Below the pieces are notes generated by a model that was not told where the DNA came from, ran no database searches, and worked only from the letters and a program-made list of their open reading frames with translations. From Octopus vulgaris (Eukaryota), in assembly GCA_951406725.2 (NCBI GenBank), contig OX597822.1:88412001-88476000 (forward strand): a DNA stretch of 64,000 nucleotides, read 5' to 3'. This document shows, piece by piece, positions 37,602 through 51,306 of the stretch. The translations under genes and the position numbers were made by a program. The first letter of the stretch is position 1. Every line of letters starts with the position of its first letter.

Positions 37602-40393
37602 TGTAAGATTGGTAGAGATGAGTCCTAGACCTCTGTCTGAATGAAGCTCCTGTTTCATCTAATTGTGCTGTGTATGTCTTTTGGAGAACTATTATGACAT
37701 ATTTGATATTCATTTCATGGAAACAAATACAGTTTCTTTATTTGCTTTTCCTTAATTCCTACTAAAAATATAAGTTATTCTGTCAATATCAAAAACATTC
37801 CTCTTTTATGAGCATTGCCGATGGTGCATTGTCACAACCTTTGGCCTAAAACATATAAAAGAATAGTTTTTCTTCTCTCTGAAAATAATTTCTAGGGGTG
37901 ACAATTTCAGTTTTAACCAACACTACACTATTAACTAATATAATATAGCATTATGACATTGACGTGTATGATTGCAAGTTGGCAGACTCATTAGCAGACT
38001 GGACAAAATGCTGAGCAGTATTTCATTCATCTTTATGTTTTGAGTTCAAATTCCACTGAGGTCATCTTTGATCTTTCATCCTTTCAGGGTTGATAAAATA
38101 AGTACCAGTTGAGCACTTCATTCGATGTAATTAACTAACTCTCTACCCTCAAATTTTCAGGCCTTGTGTCTATAGTAGAAAGGATTGTAGTGCCTAATCA
38201 AACAACTATTATGGATCGAGCTGGCAGAAACGTTAGCATGCTGGGCGAAATGCGTAATCGTATTTCGTCTGCCGTTACGTTCTGAGTTCAAATTCCGCCA
38301 AGGTCAACTTCGCCTTTCATCCTTTCGGGGTCGATAAATCAAGTACCAGTTACGCACTGGGGTCGATGTAATCGACTTAATCCGTTTGTCTGTCCTTGTT
38401 TGTCCCCTCTGTGTTTAGCCCCTTGTGGGGTAGTAAAGAAATATATTATGGATAAAGAAAAGACCATTGGAAAGAAAGAAACAAGGAAGGGACATACAAA
38501 GATGTTATTAACAAAAGAAAAAGTGGAGACAAATGAAAAAAGTGAAAATGGCAAAGACGTGTTGTTGGCAACTACAGTAAACAATAACTGATAACAAGAC
38601 TCTAGCCTGCTAAAATTTTGATACCTTGAAAGTTAGAACTCTTCCTGCCTTTCATCCTTTCAGGGTTGATAAAATAATTACTGGTTGAGCGCTTGGGTCG
38701 ATGAGGCATTAATTCCAAATAGATCATTAATATTGCCTCATCACAATAAGTTTTGTAGATACAGAATTTCCCTTTATACACTCTGTAGTGAAACTGGATA
38801 CCCATTGAACAAAGGTGTCTGCTTTGGCTATTTATGCTGTAAATTTCAGGAACTGAGCAGAGAAAGCCTCCAATTTCATAGATTTAGTGGATAGCACTAA
38901 GTTCTGTGCATGGTCTTGGTTTGTTTTAGTAGTCAAGGACCCTCTCTCTTTCATGAAAATATGAGGCAAACAACTACTCTTAATCAATAGAGCAGTAGGG
39001 GACATGCACCTCAATAATAGTGAATTGCATGTTTAAAAGTACTATAAAAAAAAAAACTTCTTGTGTATTGAATGACTGGTCTTGCTTATGTTATATATTT
39101 ACTGTTACTCACAGTTATAATTACTAGGGAGACTAATTACTAGGGAGTTGTGCTCTCTACACTTTTATGAAAGAATGAGCATATTTAGTAATATGTAGTT
39201 GTTTTAATAGAATTACATAATTACATATTAATATTTTATCATTACTGAAAATCATTCCTCTTTTGTGCACAGTGCTTACCTACACTGAGGATAATTTCTA
39301 GGAGAGACAATTCGAGTTTTAACCAACAATACACTATTAGCTATCTAATACAGCATAACAACACTGTAGTACCTCATGTATATAAGATTATAAACATTTA
39401 GAAAATGAATTGATTAAAGCTTAGTGTTTGAACATGGAGATATGGAAGGGGAGGTTTTAAAACCAGAAAATTTAAGTTCATGTCCCTGAAATCCAAATTT
39501 CTTCTGTTTTACAGTAGCTCCATCCATATGGAGCTACTGTTAAAAGTAGAAGAAAGTGTTTGGGGATGCAATACTGTGGCTGTCATACTTTCTGTGAATC
39601 GAATTTTCAGGTCTGTTTTAATTCACATTAAATCATTTCCTGTCTTACTGTGACTCCTAGGAAAGCATAAACATCAAAATTTAATACATCAACCGTAAAT
39701 TTTAAGCCTCATCTTTATATGACAAGTTATTGAATAAAAAAAAAATCAATTTCTAATTAGCAATATCATTATCACATAAAATATGGATCAGTAATATTCT
39801 AAACTCTTTTTATGTTACTTAAAATTATATTAGTGTGTCTCCATTTCCTTTTGTTCTTCTACATTATAACTATTGCAGTTTTATTTTCTGATGAATGGAA
39901 GCACATCTGGCTATTTTATACTTTATCAGGCTCATTGTATACCTTAAACACATGCTACTTCCATCTTAACACATATTATTACAGGAGTTTCTCGTTATTG
40001 TTTCTGTACTTCATTTTTGGAAATAAAATTACATTCAAATAATTCACATATAATGTATTTGCAAGGAATGAAGCTACAACCCATATGTTTTGTTACTTGC
40101 TAAAGCCATACGTAAAGAAATGTCTCTTGAACAGTTATTTTCAATCCTTTAGTACAAAACAAGTAGAATGATTCTGTACAAATAGCTGAAATGACCGCTG
40201 GTGATTGCTAGTGATAATGACTACTTGTGCACCCAGAAACATTTGAGCTGAAAGAGAAGAAAGTTTGCAAAAAGTAAAATAATAAATAGATTATCTTTTG
40301 CAAGCAATAATACACTGATGTTGTTTTTGATACACACAGAAATATTTACATATTCTTAGTATAATTTAACAATAGTTTCATCAGTTTCAAATT

Positions 40394-42070
40394 TCACTGT
40401 AATAAAGTTAGTTGACTGGCCACATTAATTCCTATTAGCAAAAATATATTGCTGTATGTACGCAAAGAAGTTCCTGATGTTTGTTGAGCTAGTCTAGATT
40501 TATACTCATTTCTGCAGTGGCTGTTGAATGTTTCTGGAGAACATTTTTGCCGTAACATTCTCTGAAGATAGTTACTGGTAAAGCTCAAGTTGAACAGGTT
40601 CTGGCTAATACTGGAACATGTTCCTGAGAAACGTATAGTCCTATCAACAATGAGTTCATATAAAATACAATCACAGTTGATTGGATTTGCCATCAGATTC
40701 AGATAGTGAAAAGTGCAGGCTGGACTATTCCTGATGAAGTCTATACTGCTAATGAAATTTGATTCAACATCTATGGAGAGTTCTGCTATTTCAGATGGCT
40801 TAGTGAAAGCCCTTGGTGATATTTTCTTGATGTTCATGCGACGTAGTATAAAATGTCTAACAGAGAGCCCTTTGTTAAAGGAATCTGGAAGTTTAGGCAT
40901 TATATTACCTGAGATGTCCAGTTCATAGAGGTGGCCTAGTTTCTTTAACAGTGTATAAGGCAAAGCGGTAATATTCATATCTCGAAGATATAACTTGAAA
41001 AGTGTGTTTTCTAAACCATTTAGCAAAGTTGCTTCCAACGGAATGTTATTGCCACTAATATCCAGTACTCGTAACTTTAGACCTAAAAATGGTTGAGTAT
41101 TGTTAAGTTCATTAATTTTATTATAACTGATGTTCAAAATCTTAAGTTCTTGAAGATTCTGGATTGCTTCAGTTGGAATTGTACTGAGGAAAGTATTTGA
41201 TAATATTAGTTTATGAAGTGATGTTTCCTGATCTTTAAACACATCACTAGGAATTTCTTGCATTTCTGTAAAATCGTTTCCTGTCAGATCTATTTCTGAA
41301 AGTTTAAATAAGTGAGTAAATGATTGACCATCGAGTGTGGTCAGTCGATTAAAACTGAGATCAAGTTTGGTAAGATGACGTAATCTCATCAGAGAATCAC
41401 TGGGTACGTTAGTTAAATGGTTATGTGACAGATGTAGTTCTTTGACATTGCTTACACCCAAAAAAGCATCCCAAGCAATTCTTTCAATTCCACAATGCAC
41501 CAAAGAAAGCATTCTCAAAGTCTTCATTTTATAACCAGGGAGAAGTCTGCTAGGGATTTTGTGCAATTTGTTGTTACCTTCAATAGTGAGCTCATACAAA
41601 GTTGGTACAGCATGTAAGAATCGAAGTTTATAGATATTTAAGGAACTGATGTTTAATGTCAATTTCTGAAGGAAACGATTGGTAACCTTCAGAGCTTTAT
41701 CAGCAATATGGCGTACTTGATTATATCCACCAATATCAATATCCACAATTGAATCACAGCTGAAATCCCGACTATTAATTAATTGGATGTAATTATCACG
41801 TAACCAAAGACGATAGTACTTGTTCTTGTCTAAATCCACCAAAGCAGGAACTTTAGTCAAATTCTTAGCCCGACAGTCAATAGTAACTGTATCACTATAA
41901 GAAGGGTCATGTATTCCTTCAGAACACTCACAGACATTGTATTCAAGGCATGGATATCTTTTAACAAAATCCTTAGTAGAAAATGGAATTCCTTGGCATA
42001 GACAAATTAATATAATGAAAAGAAAATATTTCATAAAATCTACAGTGTTTGTAATGCTGGAGACAGGCAT
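40394..42070 (-). CDS. Extracellular leucine-rich-repeat protein, signal peptide, probable GPI anchor, single coding exon
   Basis: Intact 558-aa ORF; hydrophobic MKYFLFIILICLCQG leader (second Met may be the true start); Cys-rich LRRNT; many LxxLxLxxNxL repeats; LRRCT NPINCDC; hydrophobic C-terminus; acceptor ttttatttttcag| before 42147 with in-frame stops in the leader. Confidence 0.92.
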   Translation of the reverse strand: MPVSSITNTVDFMKYFLFIILICLCQGIPFSTKDFVKRYPCLEYNVCECSEGIHDPSYSDTVTIDCRAKNLTKVPALVDLDKNKYYRLWLRDNYIQLINSRDFSCDSIVDIDIGGYNQVRHIADKALKVTNRFLQKLTLNISSLNIYKLRFLHAVPTLYELTIEGNNKLHKIPSRLLPGYKMKTLRMLSLVHCGIERIAWDAFLGVSNVKELHLSHNHLTNVPSDSLMRLRHLTKLDLSFNRLTTLDGQSFTHLFKLSEIDLTGNDFTEMQEIPSDVFKDQETSLHKLILSNTFLSTIPTEAIQNLQELKILNISYNKINELNNTQPFLGLKLRVLDISGNNIPLEATLLNGLENTLFKLYLRDMNITALPYTLLKKLGHLYELDISGNIMPKLPDSFNKGLSVRHFILRRMNIKKISPRAFTKPSEIAELSIDVESNFISSIDFIRNSPACTFHYLNLMANPINCDCILYELIVDRTIRFSGTCSSISQNLFNLSFTSNYLQRMLRQKCSPETFNSHCRNEYKSRLAQQTSGTSLRTYSNIFLLIGINVASQLTLLQ

Positions 42071-42269
42071 CTTTCTAGATTTTCAACTCTTGAACATGGA
42101 TTATATTTTGGTCAGATGCAACATAGAAACATATGGTCCCAGTGAATCTGAAAAATAAAAAAAGTTCAGTTCATGAAAAATTGTTGACTATTTTCTTAAT
42201 TTAATAAGAAAGATATTCCTTTTTGAAGTCTAACAGTTTTTCAGCTGTTTCATTCATTTATCATTCATT

Positions 42270-42552
42270 CTTTTATTCCTAGTAAGCCTAGTACTTATTC
42301 TATCAGTCTCTTTTGCTAACCACTAAGTTACCAGGACATAAACACACTAACATCGGTTGTCAAGCAACGGTAGGGGACAAACACAGACATGTAAACATAT
42401 ACATGACAGGCTTCTTTCAGTTTCCGTCTACCAAATCCACTCACAAGGCTTTGGTTGGCTCGAGGCTATAATAGAAGACACTTGCCCAAGGTGCCACACA
42501 GTGGGACTGAACCCGGAACCATGTGGTTAGTAAGCAAGCTACTTACAAAACA
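42270..42552 (-). mobile_element. tRNA-headed SINE, same family as 53604
   Basis: Reverse-complement copy in the intron upstream of the LRR coding exon. Confidence 0.8.
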
Positions 42553-45500
42553 GTCATTTCAGAGATGAGAGAATTCTACCCGAAAATTCATGAAAAATTC
42601 ATTTTAAACTGTTGATGATGGTCAAGACTTGTGTGTTTATGAATAAATCTCTATTCCATTACACACATAAGGTAATATCATGATCAATAAAAGCTTGAAA
42701 TGACCATCTACTCTTTAAAGAAGATAGAAATGGCTTGTGAAGTTGTTTGTATCTAAAACTAAAATTATTGGCCATTGTAAGACATTTTCACAAGACAAAA
42801 TTCTGTGTTTGAATAGTAAGAACTTTTCTCTTTTTGTCTATTCCTAAACTATGAACATTCTATGAAGAAAAGAAACAAAATGCTACAAATTCTATGGATT
42901 TTCTTCAGACTGTAATTATTTCCAGCTTTAATGAAAAGTATCACTTCATAAGGTGTTTAATTAATAAGTCACAGGTTTTGTCATGCTGATTATTTCTTAG
43001 TACTAATGACTAGAAATTTTAAGAACTTTACATTAAGTAAACAAAAACAATTGAATATGTGAATTGTATGCATTTCTTTCCTTAAGATTCCTTAATTTAA
43101 ATTTCAGATTTCAACCCAGTTTTGATTTATGGAGAAATGAATATCTCCTTTGTAAAAGCTATAACCATTAGAGTTATGTGTTTGGGAGAATGACTGGTTG
43201 ACAAAAGCTATTTTATTTTTCTCATTTTATTATTGTTACAGAGTCAAGAAAGTAAACTTTAAGTCAATACAATGTGAAGTATTTCATCTTTAACCGTGAC
43301 TGAACAGATCTGTACTTACAGCTATTTTTATGTCTCATGGAGCTATGTCTACTTTCTCCATTTTTTTAAGATGGAAGGGTAGGATTTCAGAAAAATTTGG
43401 CTGCGCTGTAGGTGCAGTTACCTCCCTTGACAGTAGGTTTAAACAACCTCATGCTAGATGCTGACACGAGGCCTTGCAACTACCTCCTTTGGCATCTAGA
43501 CGTCGGAGAACAATGACATGATCTCTTACTACACATGCCAGCTAGCTGACATGAGGCAGTACACAGAAGATGAACATGATCTCCATTCATCAAATTCTTT
43601 CCTTTATTGTTCAATTATATATGTTTGGGACCTTGAGTAAAGGTATTTAAAGTTACAGCCTTGTTATATGAATTCAAATATACCATGTTCCTTTATCAAA
43701 TGATATTACAGCCTTCTGAATGGAGACCTCATTAGATTGTTTCAAGACCATTTTGGATGGTTGTGATGCTATCTAAAGCTCTTTTAGTAGCTTGAGTTTC
43801 TACACAATAATGAGTTCATTTCATCATGGTAGTATTGTTATTGTTTTTTTATTATATTATTTTTAAACAAACTTATTTTTAGCAGACCTATAATGAAAGC
43901 ATTCCTGCCATAATTAATTTCAGGTATAGAATAACTGAGTACTGGGGTTGATGTAATACTCTAATTCTCTGCCCCCAAAATTTCAGGCTTGTGCCTATAG
44001 TAGAGAGGTTATTAGTTCTTTATTTATCAGGAAACAATACCATTCCATTACGATTCATAGCAAACAGATTTTGTTATTGGATACTAAAACAGTAGAGATA
44101 AAACTCTGGTATAAGACCTAAATTACCAAATACATCTACTTTATTTGAAAAAAATAAATCAGTTTAAATGTCCTAGACTAAATATCAAAACTATTTCTGA
44201 GAAATTATGACATTTTCGGATGAGTCATGTTAAATTGTCAAACTTTAGGCTGCTGTTAGAAAATTACTTTAAGACAAAGAAGTATTTGCAAGTATACTTA
44301 AAGCTGGGACAGTTTTATCTCCATATAATTTCTTCTAGTTTTGGTATAAGGCCAGTAATTTTGAGAGGTGATGGGACTAGTCAATTCAACAATTTTGAGA
44401 GAAGGTGGGCAAGTCAATTACTTTGACTGCCCCCACCCCAAGGTACTTGGCTAGTGTTTTATTTTACCAACCTTGAAAGGATGAAAGCAAAGTTAACATC
44501 AGTGGGATTTGAACTCAGAACCAGAAGAAACAGTGCAAAGTATTTTGTCCAACATGCTAATGATTTTGCCAGTTCATCACCTTAATAATAAGAATAATAA
44601 ATCTTTCTAACTTTTGACACAAAACCAGTGATTTGGAGTGGAAGGGAAAAGTCAGTTACACTGACTTGGTACTTGACTGATTTTAATGATTCTGAAAGGA
44701 TGTAAAACAAAGTTGACTTTAATGGAATTTGAACTTAGAACATAAAGAGCTGGTAGAAATGCTACAAAGCATCTTGTCTGATGGGCCAACAATTCTGCCA
44801 GTTCTCTGCCTATTCATTTCTATATAATAATTGCCAATATGTAAATGCTGGTTCAAGCAGCAAGCTGGCAGAATCATTAGCATAGTAGGAAAAGTGCTGT
44901 ATTTCACCCATACTTCCATTCTGAGTTCAAATTCAACTGAGGTCATCTTTGACCTTTCATCCTTTTGGGGTTGGTAAAATAAGTACCAGTTGAGCACTGG
45001 GGTTGATGTAATCAACTTACCCCACTCTACCAAAATTGCTGATCTGTGCCAAAATTTGAAACCAATTTACAAATGCTGGTAGGTTAGTTGGGTGGTTAGT
45101 TGGTTAATTTGTCCATCTTACTTCATATGATATTATAAGAAGAGAGGGTAAAAGAGAGACACAGAGAGAAATCTAATATTACCTAACATGTGATGGGTAA
45201 CTCTCTTGTATAGTATATAAGTGTGTACTTTTTTTAATTCATTATCTGGCAGATATCAAAGAAAGGGTATAGAAGCAATACAAATTCCATAAACGATGTT
45301 CTTTTTACTCATTTCCAAAAGCTATAGTATCAAATATGAATGATGCATACTGACATAATTTATCAATACCTCAACCAACCAATATCACAGCCAACTCTTC
45401 TTTAATCACTCACTATACTAATATTACTTGTTGTTGACTTATGGGGAATGTTTGTTAGTGAGGCACAGCTGCTCTATAACAAAATAATATTTAAATGTTG

Positions 45501-45701
45501 GTCCTTTTTAGGAACTCAGCAACTAGTCAGGACTGATGTATTTACTCATGCCATCTCATTCATAAGAAGCTAAAAGTAATCTTATATCTCCCTTAAACGT
45601 ACAAAGAAATTGATGTCACCTTGCTGTACACCTTGAGAACTTATTCTAGGTTGTTTTGAACAGAGAATAGTTGAGTCTTAATGGTACAATATGAATATAC
45701 A

Positions 45702-46090
45702 TTTAACCCTTTTAATGCCAACCCACCTCAGACTGCTGCTGGATGAATAATAAAAACGCCCTGTTTAAAAGTGATCTAAATTAAAATCTTCCATCAAAGT
45801 TTCATGTTAACTCATTCCAAACATCAGATTAATTACAACAAAGATATACTACATTCTTCATTATTTTCAAAATTAATTGAAACAAAGGCAGTATGTCTCA
45901 AGAGAAATATGGTAACAAAATAGCTAAAGTGATCTAAAATGAACTCTTCTACCAAAATTTCATGTTAATCATGTGTACCAAACGTCAGCTTAGTAATGAC
46001 AAAGTTGTTTCGCTAAATTCTTCATTATTTCAAAATTAATTAAAGCAAAGTTAGTTAATGTAGTCAGAAATATGGTAATGAAAGTGTTAA
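45702..46090. mobile_element. Tandem pair of piggyBac-type MITE (family A)
   Basis: ttaacccttt start; aagtgatctaaa...aaatatggtaa block occurs twice. Confidence 0.65.
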
Positions 46091-46597
46091 TATGTGAATA
46101 TACACTTAAAGTGGTATTTGGACACAGAAATAACTAGAAAAGATGTGTGTTTAGTGAATACTATACACCCTGGCTGGTATTTGAAGTTAGAAATGGCAGT
46201 TGTTGAAGTAGAAATCATAAGCTCCCTAATCCTATGCCATTTACTCCCACACTCTCAAGTTTTATCAAATCAAACAGTCCTAGTTTTTACCATAAGCTCT
46301 CTTTGAATCACTGAAATCCATCCTCCATTCCCCCCCTCTCTCTCTTCATCTCCCTCTTTATATTTCAAATGTAAACGTAAGTTTATGTGTATGTGTGTTC
46401 ATTTATGTGCGTATATGTATATGTGTATATACATGTGTCTGTGTGGAGATGACTGTTGCTTCATTAATATAGGGAAGCACAATTAATGTCAATGTGTGTG
46501 TGTGTGTATGTGTGTGTGTATGTGTGTGTGTGTGTGTCACAAGAAATGCCAGCATCAGGTCAACTAATATTACTGTCTGTTTCTTTCTTTCTCTTCC

Positions 46598-46647
<50 letters not shown>

Positions 46648-47408
46648 TTATGCCTCAGCATGTGCATGTGTGTGTGTGTGTGCGGAAATAACCCAACAGA
46701 AATAGATCATCTAATATCTCAGTAAATAGAAGTTACCAAAAACAGTAATCCCTATCTCTTGCTTCATCCTGCCTTATACTTTAAAGTATGTATTTCCCTC
46801 TGTCTGTCTGTCTGTCTCTCACACACACACACACATATGGAATTTTGCGAAGGCTCACATTTGGAAATTAGTGTCTCAAATGACCCCTAATATTTAATGA
46901 AAAACCTTGTACCATACCAGGTTAGTGTTAGATATAAAGTGAGAGGTTATATTGATGAAGCAATCAAAATATTCACAGGACCCTGCTATCATCAGGGAAA
47001 TGCCTAAGTCCAGTATTCATAAAATGAGTAGAGAGATGTTCCACACTGTATGCATGGTTTAAAGTGTAGCTACACCAGAAAAGTACTGGAATCACAGGCA
47101 GGGTATCAGAGGTGGTAGATTTCATATGTAGCAGATGCATAGAGACAATAAACACTAAATCCACCTAGTTAATATGTAATTTCAAATGCCAGCAATATTC
47201 CATAGAAGTAGTTGATAGCTACCTAGGTAACCTAAATTGCCATAATGTATGTGCCTTAAAAGTGTAGTATCCAGTGTAAGAGCAAGTAGGAATATTCAGA
47301 CAGCTATTACCTCGGCTGACAACAAAGGGCAAATTATATGAGAAGTGTAATGCTCATGGACCTTGAATGATTTGCAAAAACTGGAAAGAAATGTGGCATT
47401 GATTTTTA

Positions 47409-47688
47409 AAACTAGAATTTAAGACTTTATAAAACCCAAACTAATGTCACTATGTCTTGAAATAATATATTCACACACAAATTTTATCAATAAAAGGTGT
47501 AAAACTAGAATTTAAGACTTTATAAAACCCAAACTAATGTCACTATGTCTTGAAATAATATATTCACACACAAATTTTATCAATAAAAGGTGTAAAACTA
47601 GAATTTAAGACTTTATAAAACCCAAACTAATGTCACTGTCTTGAAATAATATATTCACACACAAGTTTTATCAATAAAAGGGTGTAAA
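47409..47688. repeat. 93-bp tandem repeat, three copies
   Basis: aaactagaatttaagactttataaaaccc recurs at 47409, 47502 and 47595. Confidence 0.95.
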
Positions 47689-49159
47689 CAACAGTTTCTT
47701 TTTTTTTTTATTCTAAATTTTAAATCTTAAAGCATTTTTCAACTTTCCATTTGAAGAGCATCAGTAACTGTTTATGTCTTGTCTGTAGTGTCATACAAAA
47801 TCAAAATATTAAGAACCTCTGTGTTAAAAGAAAGCCCAGGTCAAATTAAATGGTTAATTGCTTATTAACTAAGGAATGTGACACAGTCATCATCATCATC
47901 ATCATCATCATTTAACATACATTTTCCATGCTGACATGATTTGGATGATGCGACATGATCTGGCAAGCTGTAGGGCTGCACCAAGCACCAATGCCAGCTT
48001 TGCATAAATTATATGGCTGGATGCCATGCCTGGATGCATGATTTATATGGCTGGATAACCCTAACCCTAATACCAAATCATATCCAAATATCAATTTTCG
48101 GTACTTGTGGGTAGTTGATTGAAATAATAAAGATATCGATAGTTTTGATCCAGCCAAGTTATGACCAAAGGTGTTCAAGCCATAACTATCCCAACTTTTC
48201 TCCAGACTTAACTCATCCATTATGTACCCATCATTTATTCAAACACAGTATATCCAATGTCCTCTTCCTTTCCTAAAAGAATGTGATTTGAGGGAGATTT
48301 AGCTGCTACTAATGGCAGGTCAAGTGAACATGTAATTGCTCTCCATTATTGGTTCAAGTTATTGATTGTGACTGAAACTGAGGTATTGTGTGAGAGAGAG
48401 TTTATGGAGCTGTGGAGAACATTAAATTGATGAAAGTGGCAAAAAATATAAAGATAGAGATTGGTGGGTTGACCTTTTAGTGACCTTTCAGCAATTGTGT
48501 TAATCAAATACAAAACTGATTTCCACAATAGCCACCCAGTTGTGTTTATTTACAAATTCTGTGCAATAAAACAAGAGAATTGGTTGTGTGACACACAAAA
48601 TACCTTACAGTATCATATTCAGTTATGTATCTTTACATACTCAGTTCAAATCTCCATGTGGTTACCTGTCTTTCATTCCATTGAGGCCAATAAACTAATG
48701 TACCACTCAGATATTGGGTTTACATGGTGAACTAATATTGTCATTGAGCATATTTATTTTATCTCTCTACTTTGAGTTCAAATCTCACCAAAGTAAACCT
48801 TGCCTTTCATCCTTTTTCATTGGACTGGTTTAGTGGAATTATTTGAACATTGTCAGGAAAGATACCTTGTGGTAGTTGTTCTCAGGGACTAGACTTAATC
48901 TGTCATCCAGTTGCTTGTCAAGGATAATAACATTCTGTGTTGATTTTCTCACTAACAGTTAAATGTTTCTATGCATGTGAGGTTTTATATGTGAATGTAC
49001 ATATGTATATACATGATTCTACATATATATTTATGAGTGTATATATGTATGTCATTTTTCAGTTTTATTTCAAGATTTCCTGCCAATAGAGAAAAAGCCA
49101 GTTTCTAACCTAGATCCAAGGCTCCTTCATTGGAATTTCAACATCAACAACAGAGTATA

Positions 49160-49782
49160 CCTGCTCAAAAGCCTACACAAAGTTTTCATTATTCTCAACA
49201 CATTCAAGGAGATCTTGTGCAACTGAAACCCGAATGTCTTTTTGGTTAGCTGAAAGTTGTTTTGACACAAACTTGGCAGACATGCATCTCATACACAAAT
49301 CTTCAGTGATTATGGACTGAACTGAACCATAACTAATCTGCACATCCTCTGATAACTCATGGATGGTGATTCGACGATTTCCCCTCACAGCTGTATGCAC
49401 AACTGTGATGTTTTTCTCAGTTCTTCTAGTTGATGATCTCCCAGAACATTCATCAATATCGACATTTTTTCGGCCATCATGGAAATGTCTGAACCACTCG
49501 TACACTTCTGTGCAGCTCATACACTCCTCTCCATACACTTTCTGTGACTTTGCGTAGGCCTCTGAGCAGGTATTGCCATGACAAGTTTCTCTATTATGGT
49601 CAATGCGACAATCACACGCTACACACCTTCCTTCCAAGCACTGCTGCAAAAAGTGAAAGTGAGCTAGAATGTTAAAACTTAGTGCACATGCACAGCAAAG
49701 TTTAAGGTCAATCTGTACAGAGTAGCTTCACTCTGCGTGCTTTAGCTTTGTTACTATGGCAACAGTTTGGATACTTATTGTA
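49160..49782 (-). mobile_element. Mariner-like transposase N-terminal relic
   Basis: VYGEECMSCTEVYEWFRHF...SGRSST...NRRITIHELSE...SAKFVSKQL. Confidence 0.85.
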
Positions 49783-50347
49783 TGTATGTATGTATGCATG
49801 TATGTATGCATGTATGTATGCATGCATGCATGTATGTATGTATGCATGTATGTATGCATGTATGTATGTATGTATGATTAACATAATGCACCACTCTCAT
49901 TTGATCATTGGATCCTTTAGTAGATACCACTCTCTTGTAAACATTTGGACCAAGTCTCCAGTTTGAAGATACCAGTTGCAGAACCCCCAATTGCATAAAG
50001 CTTCATAAGTACTGCCTCTTCCTTTCTTGACTAAATGATAAAAATATAATTAGATAAATATCTTTTAATTGCTTAAACAGAGAAGGAAGGGCTTGAGATC
50101 CTTTACTTCAAGGAGAGTGGGAGGAAAGAGTTGGAAAGAGAGTGGGAGGAAAGAGTTGGAAGTTATCTTCAGATTAAAGACTTACTTTGATAACTGCAAC
50201 AGAGTAGGTTTCCACTAAAGATACCTAACAGTACAAATGTTAAACTTGACAACAAATTAAGCCTCCCAGCCAGCCAAGATTTAATCAGCTGTACCTCTCC
50301 CTTCAAAACCTATGGCCTTGTACAATTATTAAATATTCCAATAATTA

Positions 50348-50518
50348 GGCACTGGAGTGGGTGTGTGGTAAGTAGCTTGCTTCCCAACCACATGGTTCCG
50401 GGTTCATTCCCACTGCGTGGCACCTTGGGCAAGTGTCTTCTACTATAGCCTCAGGCCGACCAAAGCCTTGTGAGTGAATTTGGTCGATGGAAACTGAAGG
50501 AAGCCCGTCGTATGTATG

Positions 50519-50549
<31 letters not shown>

Positions 50550-50770
50550 ATGTTTGTGTGTTTGTGTTTGTCCCCCCCAACATCACTTGATAACCGATGT
50601 TGGTGTATTTACGTCCCCATGACTTAGCGGTTCGGCAAAAGAGACCAATAGAATAAGTACTAGGCTTACAAAGAATAAGTCCTGGGGTCGATTTACTCAA
50701 CTAAAGGCGGTGCTCCAGCATGGCCACAGTCAAATGACTGAAACAAGTAAAAGAGTAAAAAAGTAAAGAA
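50348..50770 (+). mobile_element. tRNA-headed SINE, same family as 53604
   Basis: Full-length high-similarity copy. Confidence 0.85.
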
Positions 50771-51262
50771 TAATTATTGTTATTATTAATGGCATTTCAT
50801 TCGTCTTTATGTTCTGAGTTCAAATTCTATTAAGGTTGACTTTATCTTTCATTCTTTTGGGAGTCGATAAGATAAGCACTAGTCGAGCACTGGGATCAGT
50901 GTAATTGACTTCACCCCTCTCCTGAAAATTGCTGGCCTTGTGCCAAAATTTGAAACTATCATTATTAAGTATTTCTGCTGTTGCTACATTCTGGGTTCAA
51001 ATTCTGCCAAGGTTGACTTTGCCTTTCATCCTTTCAGGGTTGATAAATTAAGTATTAGTGAAACAATGGAGTTGATGCAATCAACTTGTCCTCTCCCTCC
51101 AAATTTCAGGCTTTGTGCCTTTTGTAGAAAGGATTATTATTATTATTGTTGTTGTTGTTGTTATTATTATTATTGTTATTATAATTGTTATTGTTATTAT
51201 TATTATTACTATTATTATTTTTACTATTGTTATTATTATTATTGTTATTATTATTACTACTA

Positions 51263-51304
<42 letters not shown>

Positions 51305-51306
<2 letters not shown>

